A DNA stretch of 64,000 nucleotides from Terriglobia bacterium (GTDB taxonomy: Bacteria; Acidobacteriota; Terriglobia; 2-12-FULL-54-10). Position numbers and translations under genes: made by a program. Shown here piece after piece: positions 20,221-29,078 of this stretch. The DNA is taken from positions 64,001 to 128,000 of the forward strand of contig CAXVYR010000002.1 of assembly GCA_963666975.2 (NCBI GenBank). The letters run 5' to 3'. Within the stretch, counting starts at the first letter, position 1, and every line of letters begins with the position of its first letter. The notes below the pieces were generated by a model. It ran no database searches, was not told the origin of the DNA, and saw only the letters and a list, made by a program, of their open reading frames with translations.

Positions 20221-20277
20221 GCCTGTCCCGCCTGCCCTGCCTGCCCTGAGCGAAGCCGAAGGGAGCGAAGCCGAGGG
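20221..20277. repeat. nested REP-like element between convergent genes
   Basis: GCCTGCCCT[GCCTGCCCTGAGCGAAGCCGAAGG]GAGCGAAGCCGAGGG, the same family as 840-898. Confidence 0.85.
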
Positions 20278-20328
20278 ATCAGCAAGCGGTCTCCGAACAC
20301 CAGGTGAGCAAGCAAAGCCGACGGTTCG

Positions 20329-22062
20329 TCAGCAACGGCGTTTGATGGCCTGCTGGAACTTGGCGGCGGGCAATGTGTTCAGCACGTCGCGCTTTTCAAG
20401 CCATCCCCGGCGGGCCATGAGCACCCCGTATTTCAAATGCGACAGGTGCTTGGTGTGGTGGGAATCGGTGGAAATCACCAGCTTGACTCCTTGTTGCTTG
20501 CATAAACGGATGTGGTTTTCGCGCAGGTCAAGCCGGTCCGGAAACGAATTCACTTCCATGGCGATGTTTCTGCGCCGGGCCTCGGCAACAATCTTTTCCA
20601 TATCGAACCCAAACGCTTCCCGGCGGAGAACCAGCCGCCCCGTCGGATGCGCCAAAATATTCAGATAAGGATTCTCAAAGGCCACCAGCAGCCGGCCGGT
20701 CATTAGTTCCGCAGAGAGATTCATCAGGGAGTGAACGCTGGCTACCACTACATCCAGTTGGGCCAGGACTTCATTGTCGAGGTCGAGCCTGCCCTCCCGG
20801 TGAATATCCACTTCGGTGCCGGCAAAGATGCGGAACCCTTCCATGCGGGACTCTGCTTTGCGAATCTCTTTGATCTGGGCCAGCACCCGTTTTTCATTCA
20901 TGCCGTTGGCCATCGCCAGCGCCTGGGAATGGTCGGTGATGGCGATGTATTCCAGGTCCCGCTGCTGCGCCGCCTGAGCCATCTCCAGGATGGAACAACG
21001 CCCGTCGGTTGCGGTGGTATGCATGTGCAGGTCTCCGCGAATGTCCTCCTGCCGCAACAGACGGGGCAGCTTCCCGGCGGCAGCCGCGTCAATCTCTCCG
21101 GAATTCTCCCGCAGTTCCGGCTCGATATAAGAAAGACCCAATGCCTGATAGACCTCCTCTTCGGTCCGGCCTGCGACTTTGCGGTCGTCCGAGATACGGA
21201 ACAGGCCGTACTCGCTCAGCTTGTAACCCATCCGCTTGGCCCTGTCGCGGAGCGCCACGTTATGGGCTTTGGAACCTGTGAAATATTGCATCGCCGCGCC
21301 GTAACTCTCCGGCGCAAGCATGCGGACATCCACCTGGATGCCTTCCTTCAATTTCACGCTGACTTTGTTCTCCCCGCTGGCGACGACTTCGGCTACTTTG
21401 GGAAACTTCAGCAGATGACCAGCCGTGTGTTTCCGCGATCCGCCCGTCACCAGAAAATCCAGGTCTCCGATGCTTTCGCATCCGCGCCGCAGGCTGCCCG
21501 CCGAAGTTACTTTTTTCACGCCGCGAGATTGGGCAAGATATTCCCGCAACTCGGCGGCCAGCCCGTCGGCTACATCAATGAGATACCGCCCGGCGCTGCG
21601 CTTATATGCATCTATGGATTTAAGAATTTTCTGTTCGAGCTTCTCCCCCATGCGCGGCAGATCGCGCAGCTTTCCCTCCCGTGCAAGCTGCTCGACATCT
21701 TCCAGCGACTGCACCCGGAAATGGTTCAACAGCAGCGCCGTGCCTTTGGGTCCAAGCCCCTGTATCTGAAGCAGACTGAGCGCGACCGCCGGGTAACGGG
21801 AACGCAGCTCCTGATGCACCGACAACTCGCCGCTCTGGCAGATTTCGCTGATATGCGCGGCCATGCCCTTTCCGATGGAAGGAATGTCGGTCAGCTTGCG
21901 CTCCGGATCGGACAAGATGTCTTCAAGGCGCTCGGTCAGGTTTTCAATCGCCCGGATGGCATTGCGATAGCTTCGAATCCGGAAAGCGTCCTGGCCGCCA
22001 ATCTCCATCAGGTCGGCAGTCTCAGAAAATATCTGAATGATCTCTTTATTTTCCATGCTCAT
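20329..22062 (-). CDS. polX: DNA polymerase X / PHP-domain 3'-5' exonuclease
   Basis: AGSLRRG, GDLDFL, VDVR catalytic Asp triad, YFTGSKAHN; PHP domain with GDLHMHT, TDHS, AHPTGR, STDSH. Confidence 0.95.
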   Translation of the reverse strand: MSMENKEIIQIFSETADLMEIGGQDAFRIRSYRNAIRAIENLTERLEDILSDPERKLTDIPSIGKGMAAHISEICQSGELSVHQELRSRYPAVALSLLQIQGLGPKGTALLLNHFRVQSLEDVEQLAREGKLRDLPRMGEKLEQKILKSIDAYKRSAGRYLIDVADGLAAELREYLAQSRGVKKVTSAGSLRRGCESIGDLDFLVTGGSRKHTAGHLLKFPKVAEVVASGENKVSVKLKEGIQVDVRMLAPESYGAAMQYFTGSKAHNVALRDRAKRMGYKLSEYGLFRISDDRKVAGRTEEEVYQALGLSYIEPELRENSGEIDAAAAGKLPRLLRQEDIRGDLHMHTTATDGRCSILEMAQAAQQRDLEYIAITDHSQALAMANGMNEKRVLAQIKEIRKAESRMEGFRIFAGTEVDIHREGRLDLDNEVLAQLDVVVASVHSLMNLSAELMTGRLLVAFENPYLNILAHPTGRLVLRREAFGFDMEKIVAEARRRNIAMEVNSFPDRLDLRENHIRLCKQQGVKLVISTDSHHTKHLSHLKYGVLMARRGWLEKRDVLNTLPAAKFQQAIKRRC

Positions 22063-22619
22063 TATTTTCCTTGCTCACTTTTTTCCATGGGACGCAACTG
22101 ACTGAAAGAAACTAAAAACAAAAAAAGCAGCCGGTCTGCCCGCAGGAAAAGGATCTAAAACATCTCCGGAAAATAGTAAGTCACTACGGAGTTCAAGCGC
22201 ATCTCCGTGACAATGAGTTCCTTATTGGGGGGGGTCTAATGCAACCCCGCGCGGGTCGGCCAAACACGTTTGGTTCCCCGCCTGGGTTCGCAGCGGTTTC
22301 TCCTCCCCTTCCGACATCTTGCGATGGACAATCACCGCAAGAATCGCGGTCACGCCTGCCTTCCGGTAGAAATGGGATACTGGAGCCCTATTCATGCCTA
22401 TGAGTCGTTCCTCCACGAATTTCGATCTCAAGCGAACCACACAATAATGCTTAAATGATAGAATAATTTCCACGGAAAGAGAACGATTAGCATGCTTCGG
22501 ATGGGGTTATCTGCAAAGCAGTTTTTTCAGGACACCAAAAAGGGAATGCGTTGCTCCCCGGGAGCAGCCTCCGGCTTGCGGGGATTGTCTCCAGCTTTTC
22601 AAGAAATTGAGGTGCAGGC

Positions 22620-23318
22620 TTGTTGATTTTGTGGGTTCTCGCTTTTCTGCTTCCTCTAGGAGTCCTCGCGGCGACAGTCTACTACGCCGTAGCGACCCCG
22701 GCCTCCCAATGGCTGGGCAGGACACTGGTTTGCGGGAATCCTGCTGCGGAAACAATCGCGCTGACGTTTGACGACGGGCCTGGCGAAGCCACGCCGCTCG
22801 TCCTGGAAATATTGCGCAAGGCGGGCATTCGCGCCACCTTCTTTCTGTGCGGCCAGAATGTGGAACGATTTCCCGAGCACGCGCAGCTCATTGCGGAGGA
22901 GGGTCACGAGGTTGGCAATCATACACACTCGCACCCCTCTTTCCTGTGGAGGACCCCCGGAAAGATCGCCTGGGAAATTGACCGGGCGCAAGAGGTGATC
23001 GTCTCACGAACCGGACACCGCCCCCGGCTGTTTCGCCCGCCCTACGGGCGTCGCTGGTTCGGACTCTTCCCCGTCCTTCACAGTCGTGAGTTGAGGACAG
23101 TCATGTGGTCCGTTTCCGGCCGGGATTGGCGATTACAGGCTGCGGCAATTGCAGACCGGGTCCTCCGCAAGGCGAAGGGGGGGGCGATTATTATCCTTCA
23201 TGACGGCTGTCCTCCCGGCCAGCGAGGCGACCGCAGGCAAACCGCAGAGGCGCTCAAAGGAATCGTGCAGGCTCTGAGCAAACGTTATCGCTTTGTCACT
23301 GTCTCGGAGATGTTTTGA
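22620..23318 (+). CDS. polysaccharide (peptidoglycan) deacetylase, NodB domain
   Basis: ALTFDDGP, GNHTHSH, FRPPYG, IILHDG motifs; N-terminal TM anchor. Confidence 0.93.
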   Translation: MLILWVLAFLLPLGVLAATVYYAVATPASQWLGRTLVCGNPAAETIALTFDDGPGEATPLVLEILRKAGIRATFFLCGQNVERFPEHAQLIAEEGHEVGNHTHSHPSFLWRTPGKIAWEIDRAQEVIVSRTGHRPRLFRPPYGRRWFGLFPVLHSRELRTVMWSVSGRDWRLQAAAIADRVLRKAKGGAIIILHDGCPPGQRGDRRQTAEALKGIVQALSKRYRFVTVSEMF

Positions 23319-23429
23319 AGGCGCTCAGCGAGCAGGAAGGCAGCGTGCAGAATTGCAGGCTGGAAAATCGGCGCGAGAACAAGACAGGAGTCCCTTTTCC
23401 TGCCAGATCGAGCGGGTTCTAAAGAAAAA

Positions 23430-24209
23430 CTACAGTTTCAGCAACTCTCGCAGACGCTTGGTTTGCGCGCGGCTAACGGGAATTTCCGCATTCCTGCGGT
23501 CATCCATCTTCAGTTGGTAAGAGCTTTTGAACCAGGGAACCACTTCCTTGATGTGGTTGATGTTCACGAGGTAGGAGCGATGGACGCGCCAGAAGACGGA
23601 GGGGTCCAGGTTAGCCTGCAGGTCTTCAATCGTGCGGTAATTCGACTGTCCTTCCAACCCTCGCGTCACCATGCTGATGAGTCCGTCTTCGATCGTTGCA
23701 TAGATGAGTTCGCTGGCGTCGATCAGCAAGAGCCGGTTATTGCTGCGGACGAGCAATTTCGTCTGCTGGGTCGGTTGCACGCTCAGCATACGCATCATCT
23801 CTTCGAGCTTCGCCGCCGGGCTCGGCGGCGACTCCAGCACGCGGCGGACTTTCTGCAACGACTGCGTCAGCCGCGCCTTGTCGATCGGCTTCAGAAGATA
23901 GTCGATGGCGTTCAGCTCAAAAGCTTTGACGGCGTACTGATCGTAAGCGGTAACAAAAATCATATAAGGAACCGGAACCTTGCTTTTTTTGTCCAGAAGC
24001 TTGCGCACCAACTCCATACCATCCAGCCCGGGCATCGCGACATCCAGAAACAGCACGTCCGGCTGGTGTTCTTTGATCAGGTGGTAGGCTTCCAGGCCGT
24101 TCTTGCCCTGGGCCACCAAGTGAACTTCCGGGTGCGCTTTCAGCAGGAAGGCTAATTCCTCGCGGGCAAGCGGCTCGTCATCCACCAGTATTGCGGAAAT
24201 GGTCGCCAT
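23430..24209 (-). CDS. LytTR family response regulator
   Basis: VDDEPLA, FLDV, FVTAYDQYA, DYLLKP receiver domain; FWRVHRSYLVN...IPVSR LytTR domain. Confidence 0.95.
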   Translation of the reverse strand: MATISAILVDDEPLAREELAFLLKAHPEVHLVAQGKNGLEAYHLIKEHQPDVLFLDVAMPGLDGMELVRKLLDKKSKVPVPYMIFVTAYDQYAVKAFELNAIDYLLKPIDKARLTQSLQKVRRVLESPPSPAAKLEEMMRMLSVQPTQQTKLLVRSNNRLLLIDASELIYATIEDGLISMVTRGLEGQSNYRTIEDLQANLDPSVFWRVHRSYLVNINHIKEVVPWFKSSYQLKMDDRRNAEIPVSRAQTKRLRELLKL

Positions 24210-24587
24210 CGCCGCCACCGTAGCTGTGTGCTCTCCCTTCATCTTCCCTCCTCAACAAATAACACTAAGTATAGCAACATCTCGCGATCCATCCAAATGC
24301 TTTGCTTCCTCCACCGGTTTTCGAAAATGAGGGGTCGTGTCACCCCGCCCGGCCCCAGGCCGCGCGCGTTACGCATGGTATAATGCGCTCCGGCGAGGCG
24401 AGGGCTGAAAGCTCCTTGTGGAAATGGGAAGGCTCCCTCACAGAGATTTGCACCAGCACGATCGGCTGCTTGGACCCCAGCATTGGAGCCGCGGTGAAGG
24501 AAAGCTCCCAAAGCTTTTTTTCCCGCCGGAGGCAAACCGGGGTTGGGCGGCGAAGGGTTGGGCAACAAAAAGCAGGGCGGCGAAGAG

Positions 24588-25121
24588 TTGACATTGGCCA
24601 GATTGCGCAGCTCGTCTCAAGCGATTTTCCGCGGCAAGGTCTTTTCCGTTCGCCGGCACTCCGTCGTCGAACCGGGAGGCGTGTCGGCCACAAGAGAGTT
24701 GGTTCATCACGCCGGTTCCGCCGTCATTCTGCCGCGTTTTCGCGACGGGAGAATTATCCTGGTGCGCCAGTTTCGTTTGGCCGCCGGGGGTTCTCTTTGG
24801 GAGTTGCCCGCCGGCTCCCTCGAAAAAAATGAAAGCGCGCTGCATGCGGCCAAACGGGAGCTTGCAGAGGAAACCGGCTATGGTTCCTCGTCCTGGCGCA
24901 AGCTGGTGGAATATTATCCCAGCCCGGGATTCCTCGACGAGAAGCTGACGCTTTTTCTGGCCCGAAACATTCGTCCCGGCCCGCCCTGCCCGGAATCCGA
25001 TGAGCGCATCCGGGTCCGTTCCTTCCACATGCCGGAGTTGCTGTCTATGATTCGAACGGGAAAGATTCGAGACGGAAAGACGCTTCTTGGATTGCTCTAC
25101 TTCCAGTGGCTCGCTTCTTGA
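24588..25121 (+). CDS. NUDIX hydrolase (ADP-ribose pyrophosphatase-like)
   Basis: ELPAGSLEKNESALHAAKRELAEETG Nudix box, SPGF, IRDGKT. Start uncertain. Confidence 0.9.
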   Translation: MTLARLRSSSQAIFRGKVFSVRRHSVVEPGGVSATRELVHHAGSAVILPRFRDGRIILVRQFRLAAGGSLWELPAGSLEKNESALHAAKRELAEETGYGSSSWRKLVEYYPSPGFLDEKLTLFLARNIRPGPPCPESDERIRVRSFHMPELLSMIRTGKIRDGKTLLGLLYFQWLAS

Positions 25122-25135
25122 AAGGGTTTTGAGAC

Positions 25136-25537
25136 ATGCCAGAATACACGCCAGGACACGCGCGTTCCGGGCTCGACGCTCCGCTTCCCCCCCTAGCCAC
25201 ATGGCCCAACCAATTTTCCGGCTACGAGATCACCATTCAGATTCCGGAATACACCTCCATCTGTCCCAAGACGCGTCTGCCGGATTTCGGCGTCATTACC
25301 ATCCGCTATATTCCAGGCCGGCTGTGCGTGGAATTGAAGTCGTTGAAGTATTACATCCTGGGATACCGGAACCTGGGCATCTTTTATGAAAACGCCGTGA
25401 ACCGCATCCTGCAGGACTTAGTGAAGGCATGCAAACCGCTTCAGGCCACTGTCACAGGTGAATTCAAGATTCGCGGCGGAATGAAAAGCGTGATCGAGGC
25501 CCGCTACCAGCGCAAACGCGCCTCCCGAAAAACTTGA
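25136..25537 (+). CDS. queF: NADPH-dependent preQ0 reductase (preQ1 synthase)
   Basis: EYTSICPKTRLPDF (catalytic Cys) and the VELKSLKYY QueF motif. Confidence 0.95.
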   Translation: MPEYTPGHARSGLDAPLPPLATWPNQFSGYEITIQIPEYTSICPKTRLPDFGVITIRYIPGRLCVELKSLKYYILGYRNLGIFYENAVNRILQDLVKACKPLQATVTGEFKIRGGMKSVIEARYQRKRASRKT

Positions 25538-25584
25538 TAGAACAAACCCTTCCTGTTCAACCCTGAGCGAAAAGGCTTGCCGCT

Positions 25585-28500
25585 TTATTGGGCGGGCGCT
25601 TCGGCGACCGGAAACACGACGGTGTTGCTGATGATGTCAAATTGGGTAACGGAACCGAAAATGATGAGGTTCTGGGCAAGCGATAATTTCGTTTCCGGGT
25701 CTGGAGTTATGGAGTCCGGGACGAGGAAATTTACTTGGTAAAGTCCTACCGCGCCTTTCACCAGGCCCGCAAAGGTAACCGAGGCGGGGGTTCCGTTGGT
25801 AATGTTCAGGCTTTGCAGCAGCGCGGTGAGGGTGGCGCCCTCCGATACGGAGGCCGTAAAGGACACGCTTGTCCCGACGGCATTCTTGGCGCCCAAAACG
25901 ATTCGGAGGTTCGCAGTATCTGCGGTAGCAGAAACGTTGGAGTCGTTGTTGATGAGGCTGGCCAGCCTGGTCACGACCGTCTCCAGCGTGTCGTCTTCGA
26001 CTGTCGTGTAGGAATAGACAGTTCCGCTGAGCGTGACCGTCACAGTTTGGCCCGGTCCCGCAGTCCCGCCGATGAAGACGTCTCCGGGCACCGTAGCAGT
26101 GATGTCTCCCAGCGTAACACTGACAGTGTTAATCGCGTTGGCAACTCCGGGGGCCAAGTGGTCGCTGGGCGTAAACGCGGTCATGGTGATCCCCCCCGGT
26201 CCCGTAGCGGTAGCTGAGAATGAAATGTTCAGTCCTCCGTCAGGGTTCCTGAGCTGCAGGTTCACTGCGAGATTGGCGAGGTCCGCTGTGGCAGAGACGT
26301 TCGGATCGTTGTCGAGCAACTCGGCCAGCTTGCTGACGACCGTCTCCAAGGTATCCCCGGCGACGGTTGTATAAGAAATAACGGTGGTGTTGGCGAGAAC
26401 GACGTTCACGATATTGTCCGGCTCCACAGCGCCGCCTATGGTTACGGTTCCGGGCACCAGAGTAGCGGACCCTGTATCCACTGTGAGGAGGGTTGCCGAG
26501 GTCACAGAGACCGTATAGGGAACATTCAAGGCGTCGTCGGGATTCCTAAGAAGCAGGTTGATGGTGAAAGCGTCCAGGTCCGCCGTGGCAAAGACGTTGG
26601 GATCGAAGTTGATCGATTCGGTCAACCGGAGCACGACCGTCTCTAATGTGTCCCCTGCAACGGGAGTGTAGGAAATGACAGTGCCGGTAAGAGTGATCGT
26701 CACGGTCTGTTCCGGTGTCGGTGTCCCGCCGAGGGTCACGCTTCCGGGGACCACCTCCTGAGCTTCCACGCTTGCCGTTAGGGTGGAACCCAGCGGTGCG
26801 GAGGCCCCATAGGTAAGGTTCGCCCCTTCATCGCCGAAGACCCTTGCCCGCAAATTCACCATTGAATCAAGGGTGTCCGCAGTAGCAGTTACATTGGGGT
26901 CGTTTTCGCTGATGAGATCGGCCAGTCCGTTTACGACGTCCGCCAGAGTGTCTTCCTCAACCGTCGTGTAGGAATGGTCCAAACCGTCCACCGTGATCGT
27001 AGCGGTTTGGCCCGTCCCGGCAGTCCCTCCGATCGTGACGATTCCCGACGCGCCGAACTGCGCTGCAGCGCCGCCTAACACCGGGTGATCCACCGTTCCC
27101 AAGCCGGTCGCAAAAACGGTGAGCGTCTCCCCGGGTATGGCAGGCGATCCTTCCGTTACCGGCGTAAAGTCGGAGTGCACAACTACGCCAGCACCCTCCC
27201 CGGTTCCCGACCGGGAAAAGATTCCGGGCGCGCCGTTCGCCAGCGCCACCGGAGCAGCGGCGGAAACAACCGTTCCCGTGGGAGTCTGTTTCTCAATCAC
27301 CATCGAGGCGCTGAAGCCCTCCAATTCCCAGGGAACCTGAACGTTAATCTGTCCCGGAGAGACAAAAAACAGGGGGGCCTCCATGCCATTGAACTTTACC
27401 TTGACGCCCCCCATCTCGTTCGGCAGGGGGAGCGAATCGGCTCCGGCCGTGGTATCGGCCAGGTCGGCTCCGAAAATGGAGGCTATCCCGCCCCGCGCCA
27501 CCGGCGGCTGCGACAGAAAGACTCCGCAGGCAGCCGTTTGCGAGGCGGTGGAAAAGCTGGCGGCGTTAACTACTCCTCTCGGCGCCACCAGAGCGGGCCC
27601 GGGCAGGAAGCCCAAGACACGGCGGTTGCTGCTGTCGCTCACATACAGCATCTCGCCGTCGCTGGCCACCGACATCGGCACGGCGAAATTCGAGGCCGCG
27701 CAGCTTTCCAGCAGCCCCAGGAAATCCTCCTGCCCCAGCACAATGTCCGCCGCCGCTCCGTTTTCGGTGGGAATCGGGTTGTAGATCAAGATGCGGTTAT
27801 TGCCGGAATCGGCGATCAACAGGCGGGCACCGTCGCTCACGGCGTAGCGCGGAAAGTTGAAAGAGGTTTCCGTATTGCCCGCCGCATTGCTGGTCATGTC
27901 GGGCTGGCCCAAAACTACATCAGCGGTTGTGCCGTTTTGCGTGGGGATGCTGTTGTAGATGAGAACCCGGTTATTTCCGAGATCCGACACAATCAAACGC
28001 TGGCCGTCTGTGGTCGCGCTCATGGGGTTGACCATCGTAACGGCATCCGGGGGCATTATCTGGGTGGTGTCAGAACCCAAAACCACATCGGCGCTGGCCC
28101 CGTTCTGCGTTGGAATTTCGTTATAAATCAGAACACGATTGTTCAGCGTGTCCGCAATGATCAGGCGGACCCCGTCGGTATAAGCGCTGTTCGGACGGCG
28201 CAATTCGTTGGGGGCCGACCCGAAGTTCGACGTATCGAAACCCTGCTGTCCCACCACGACGTCCGCCGCCGCCCCGTTGGTTTCCGGAATCTGGTTGTAG
28301 ATGAGGACACGGTTGTTTCCCCAGTCCGCCACAAGAAGACGGCTCCCATCGGTCGCGACTCCCACCGGCTGGTTCATCCGCTGGGCGCTGGTACCGAATT
28401 CGGTGGTGTCAAAATCCGACTGCCCCACCACGACGCTGGCAGCAGGCAACTCATCTTGGGGCAGCCGCGCTTGGAGCGAACTCAAATCGTTGTAAATCAG

Positions 28501-28830
28501 AATGCGGTTGTGGTTGGGCGGAGAGAGATAGGAGCTGTCGGCCACAATGAGCTTGTTACCCGCGACGGCGATCCCGGAGATCGATCCCAGGTGAATCGCG
28601 CCGGGACCGACGCATTCCAGAGTGACCGTTTCATCCTCTGTTTCCGGCTCGACAAGCATCGTCGTGCAAAAAGAAATATCGGAGAAATTTCTCTGACCCA
28701 AAACAAAGGACGCCGCCTGCCCGGTATGGAGGCCTTGCGGAAGCGGAAATGGTTGCGATTGAGCAAACAGGTTTCCCGTCAAAGGGATGCTCAACAGCAA
28801 ACAGAGTAAGGCGACCCTACTCCTGGTCAT
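25585..28830 (-). CDS. large exported protein: NHL-repeat beta-propeller + TIGR03437-type domain interrupted by four ~95-aa repeats
   Basis: Signal peptide; six (S)DGxRLxxADxGNNRxLIYNxIPTxNGxxADxVxGQ repeats; GVVNAASF, PLFFVSPGQINVQVP and GLYQVNF motifs. Confidence 0.85.
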   Translation of the reverse strand: MTRSRVALLCLLLSIPLTGNLFAQSQPFPLPQGLHTGQAASFVLGQRNFSDISFCTTMLVEPETEDETVTLECVGPGAIHLGSISGIAVAGNKLIVADSSYLSPPNHNRILIYNDLSSLQARLPQDELPAASVVVGQSDFDTTEFGTSAQRMNQPVGVATDGSRLLVADWGNNRVLIYNQIPETNGAAADVVVGQQGFDTSNFGSAPNELRRPNSAYTDGVRLIIADTLNNRVLIYNEIPTQNGASADVVLGSDTTQIMPPDAVTMVNPMSATTDGQRLIVSDLGNNRVLIYNSIPTQNGTTADVVLGQPDMTSNAAGNTETSFNFPRYAVSDGARLLIADSGNNRILIYNPIPTENGAAADIVLGQEDFLGLLESCAASNFAVPMSVASDGEMLYVSDSSNRRVLGFLPGPALVAPRGVVNAASFSTASQTAACGVFLSQPPVARGGIASIFGADLADTTAGADSLPLPNEMGGVKVKFNGMEAPLFFVSPGQINVQVPWELEGFSASMVIEKQTPTGTVVSAAAPVALANGAPGIFSRSGTGEGAGVVVHSDFTPVTEGSPAIPGETLTVFATGLGTVDHPVLGGAAAQFGASGIVTIGGTAGTGQTATITVDGLDHSYTTVEEDTLADVVNGLADLISENDPNVTATADTLDSMVNLRARVFGDEGANLTYGASAPLGSTLTASVEAQEVVPGSVTLGGTPTPEQTVTITLTGTVISYTPVAGDTLETVVLRLTESINFDPNVFATADLDAFTINLLLRNPDDALNVPYTVSVTSATLLTVDTGSATLVPGTVTIGGAVEPDNIVNVVLANTTVISYTTVAGDTLETVVSKLAELLDNDPNVSATADLANLAVNLQLRNPDGGLNISFSATATGPGGITMTAFTPSDHLAPGVANAINTVSVTLGDITATVPGDVFIGGTAGPGQTVTVTLSGTVYSYTTVEDDTLETVVTRLASLINNDSNVSATADTANLRIVLGAKNAVGTSVSFTASVSEGATLTALLQSLNITNGTPASVTFAGLVKGAVGLYQVNFLVPDSITPDPETKLSLAQNLIIFGSVTQFDIISNTVVFPVAEAPAQ

Positions 28831-29078
28831 GAGAAGATATATCACTCGAACCTTTCCTGTCCCGGCATGGCTTCCAAATGCTGGGTTTGCAATTTGCCAA
28901 TGACACTGACCGAATGGCTCTTCAACATATATTTTAGTCAAAGGCAGGCCTTCTGCGCAACCGGAAAGCTGCCATAAGTCATTCGGATCAGGGTTAGCAG
29001 GCTAGCACAGCCGGACCGCAAGGCCTGAACCGGTCTCATGCTAGAATAGGCGGATCGGACGGCTTCGGGGTTTCTAAA

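Noticed and set aside
20329-20334. PolX ending in Cys-TGA as a possible CU motif
   Set aside because: The protein is already full length and read-through runs into a REP; no SECIS-like hairpin seen.
22076-22600. Short ORFs in the lower-GC gap between polX and the deacetylase
   Set aside because: Only a faint NHL-like tail (LADPRGVALDP); no convincing start or family, so not called.
25810-27050. Prophage or contractile injection system, suggested by the sheath-like repeats
   Set aside because: The repeats are internal to a signal-peptide-bearing surface protein; there are no tube, baseplate, capsid or integrase genes nearby.
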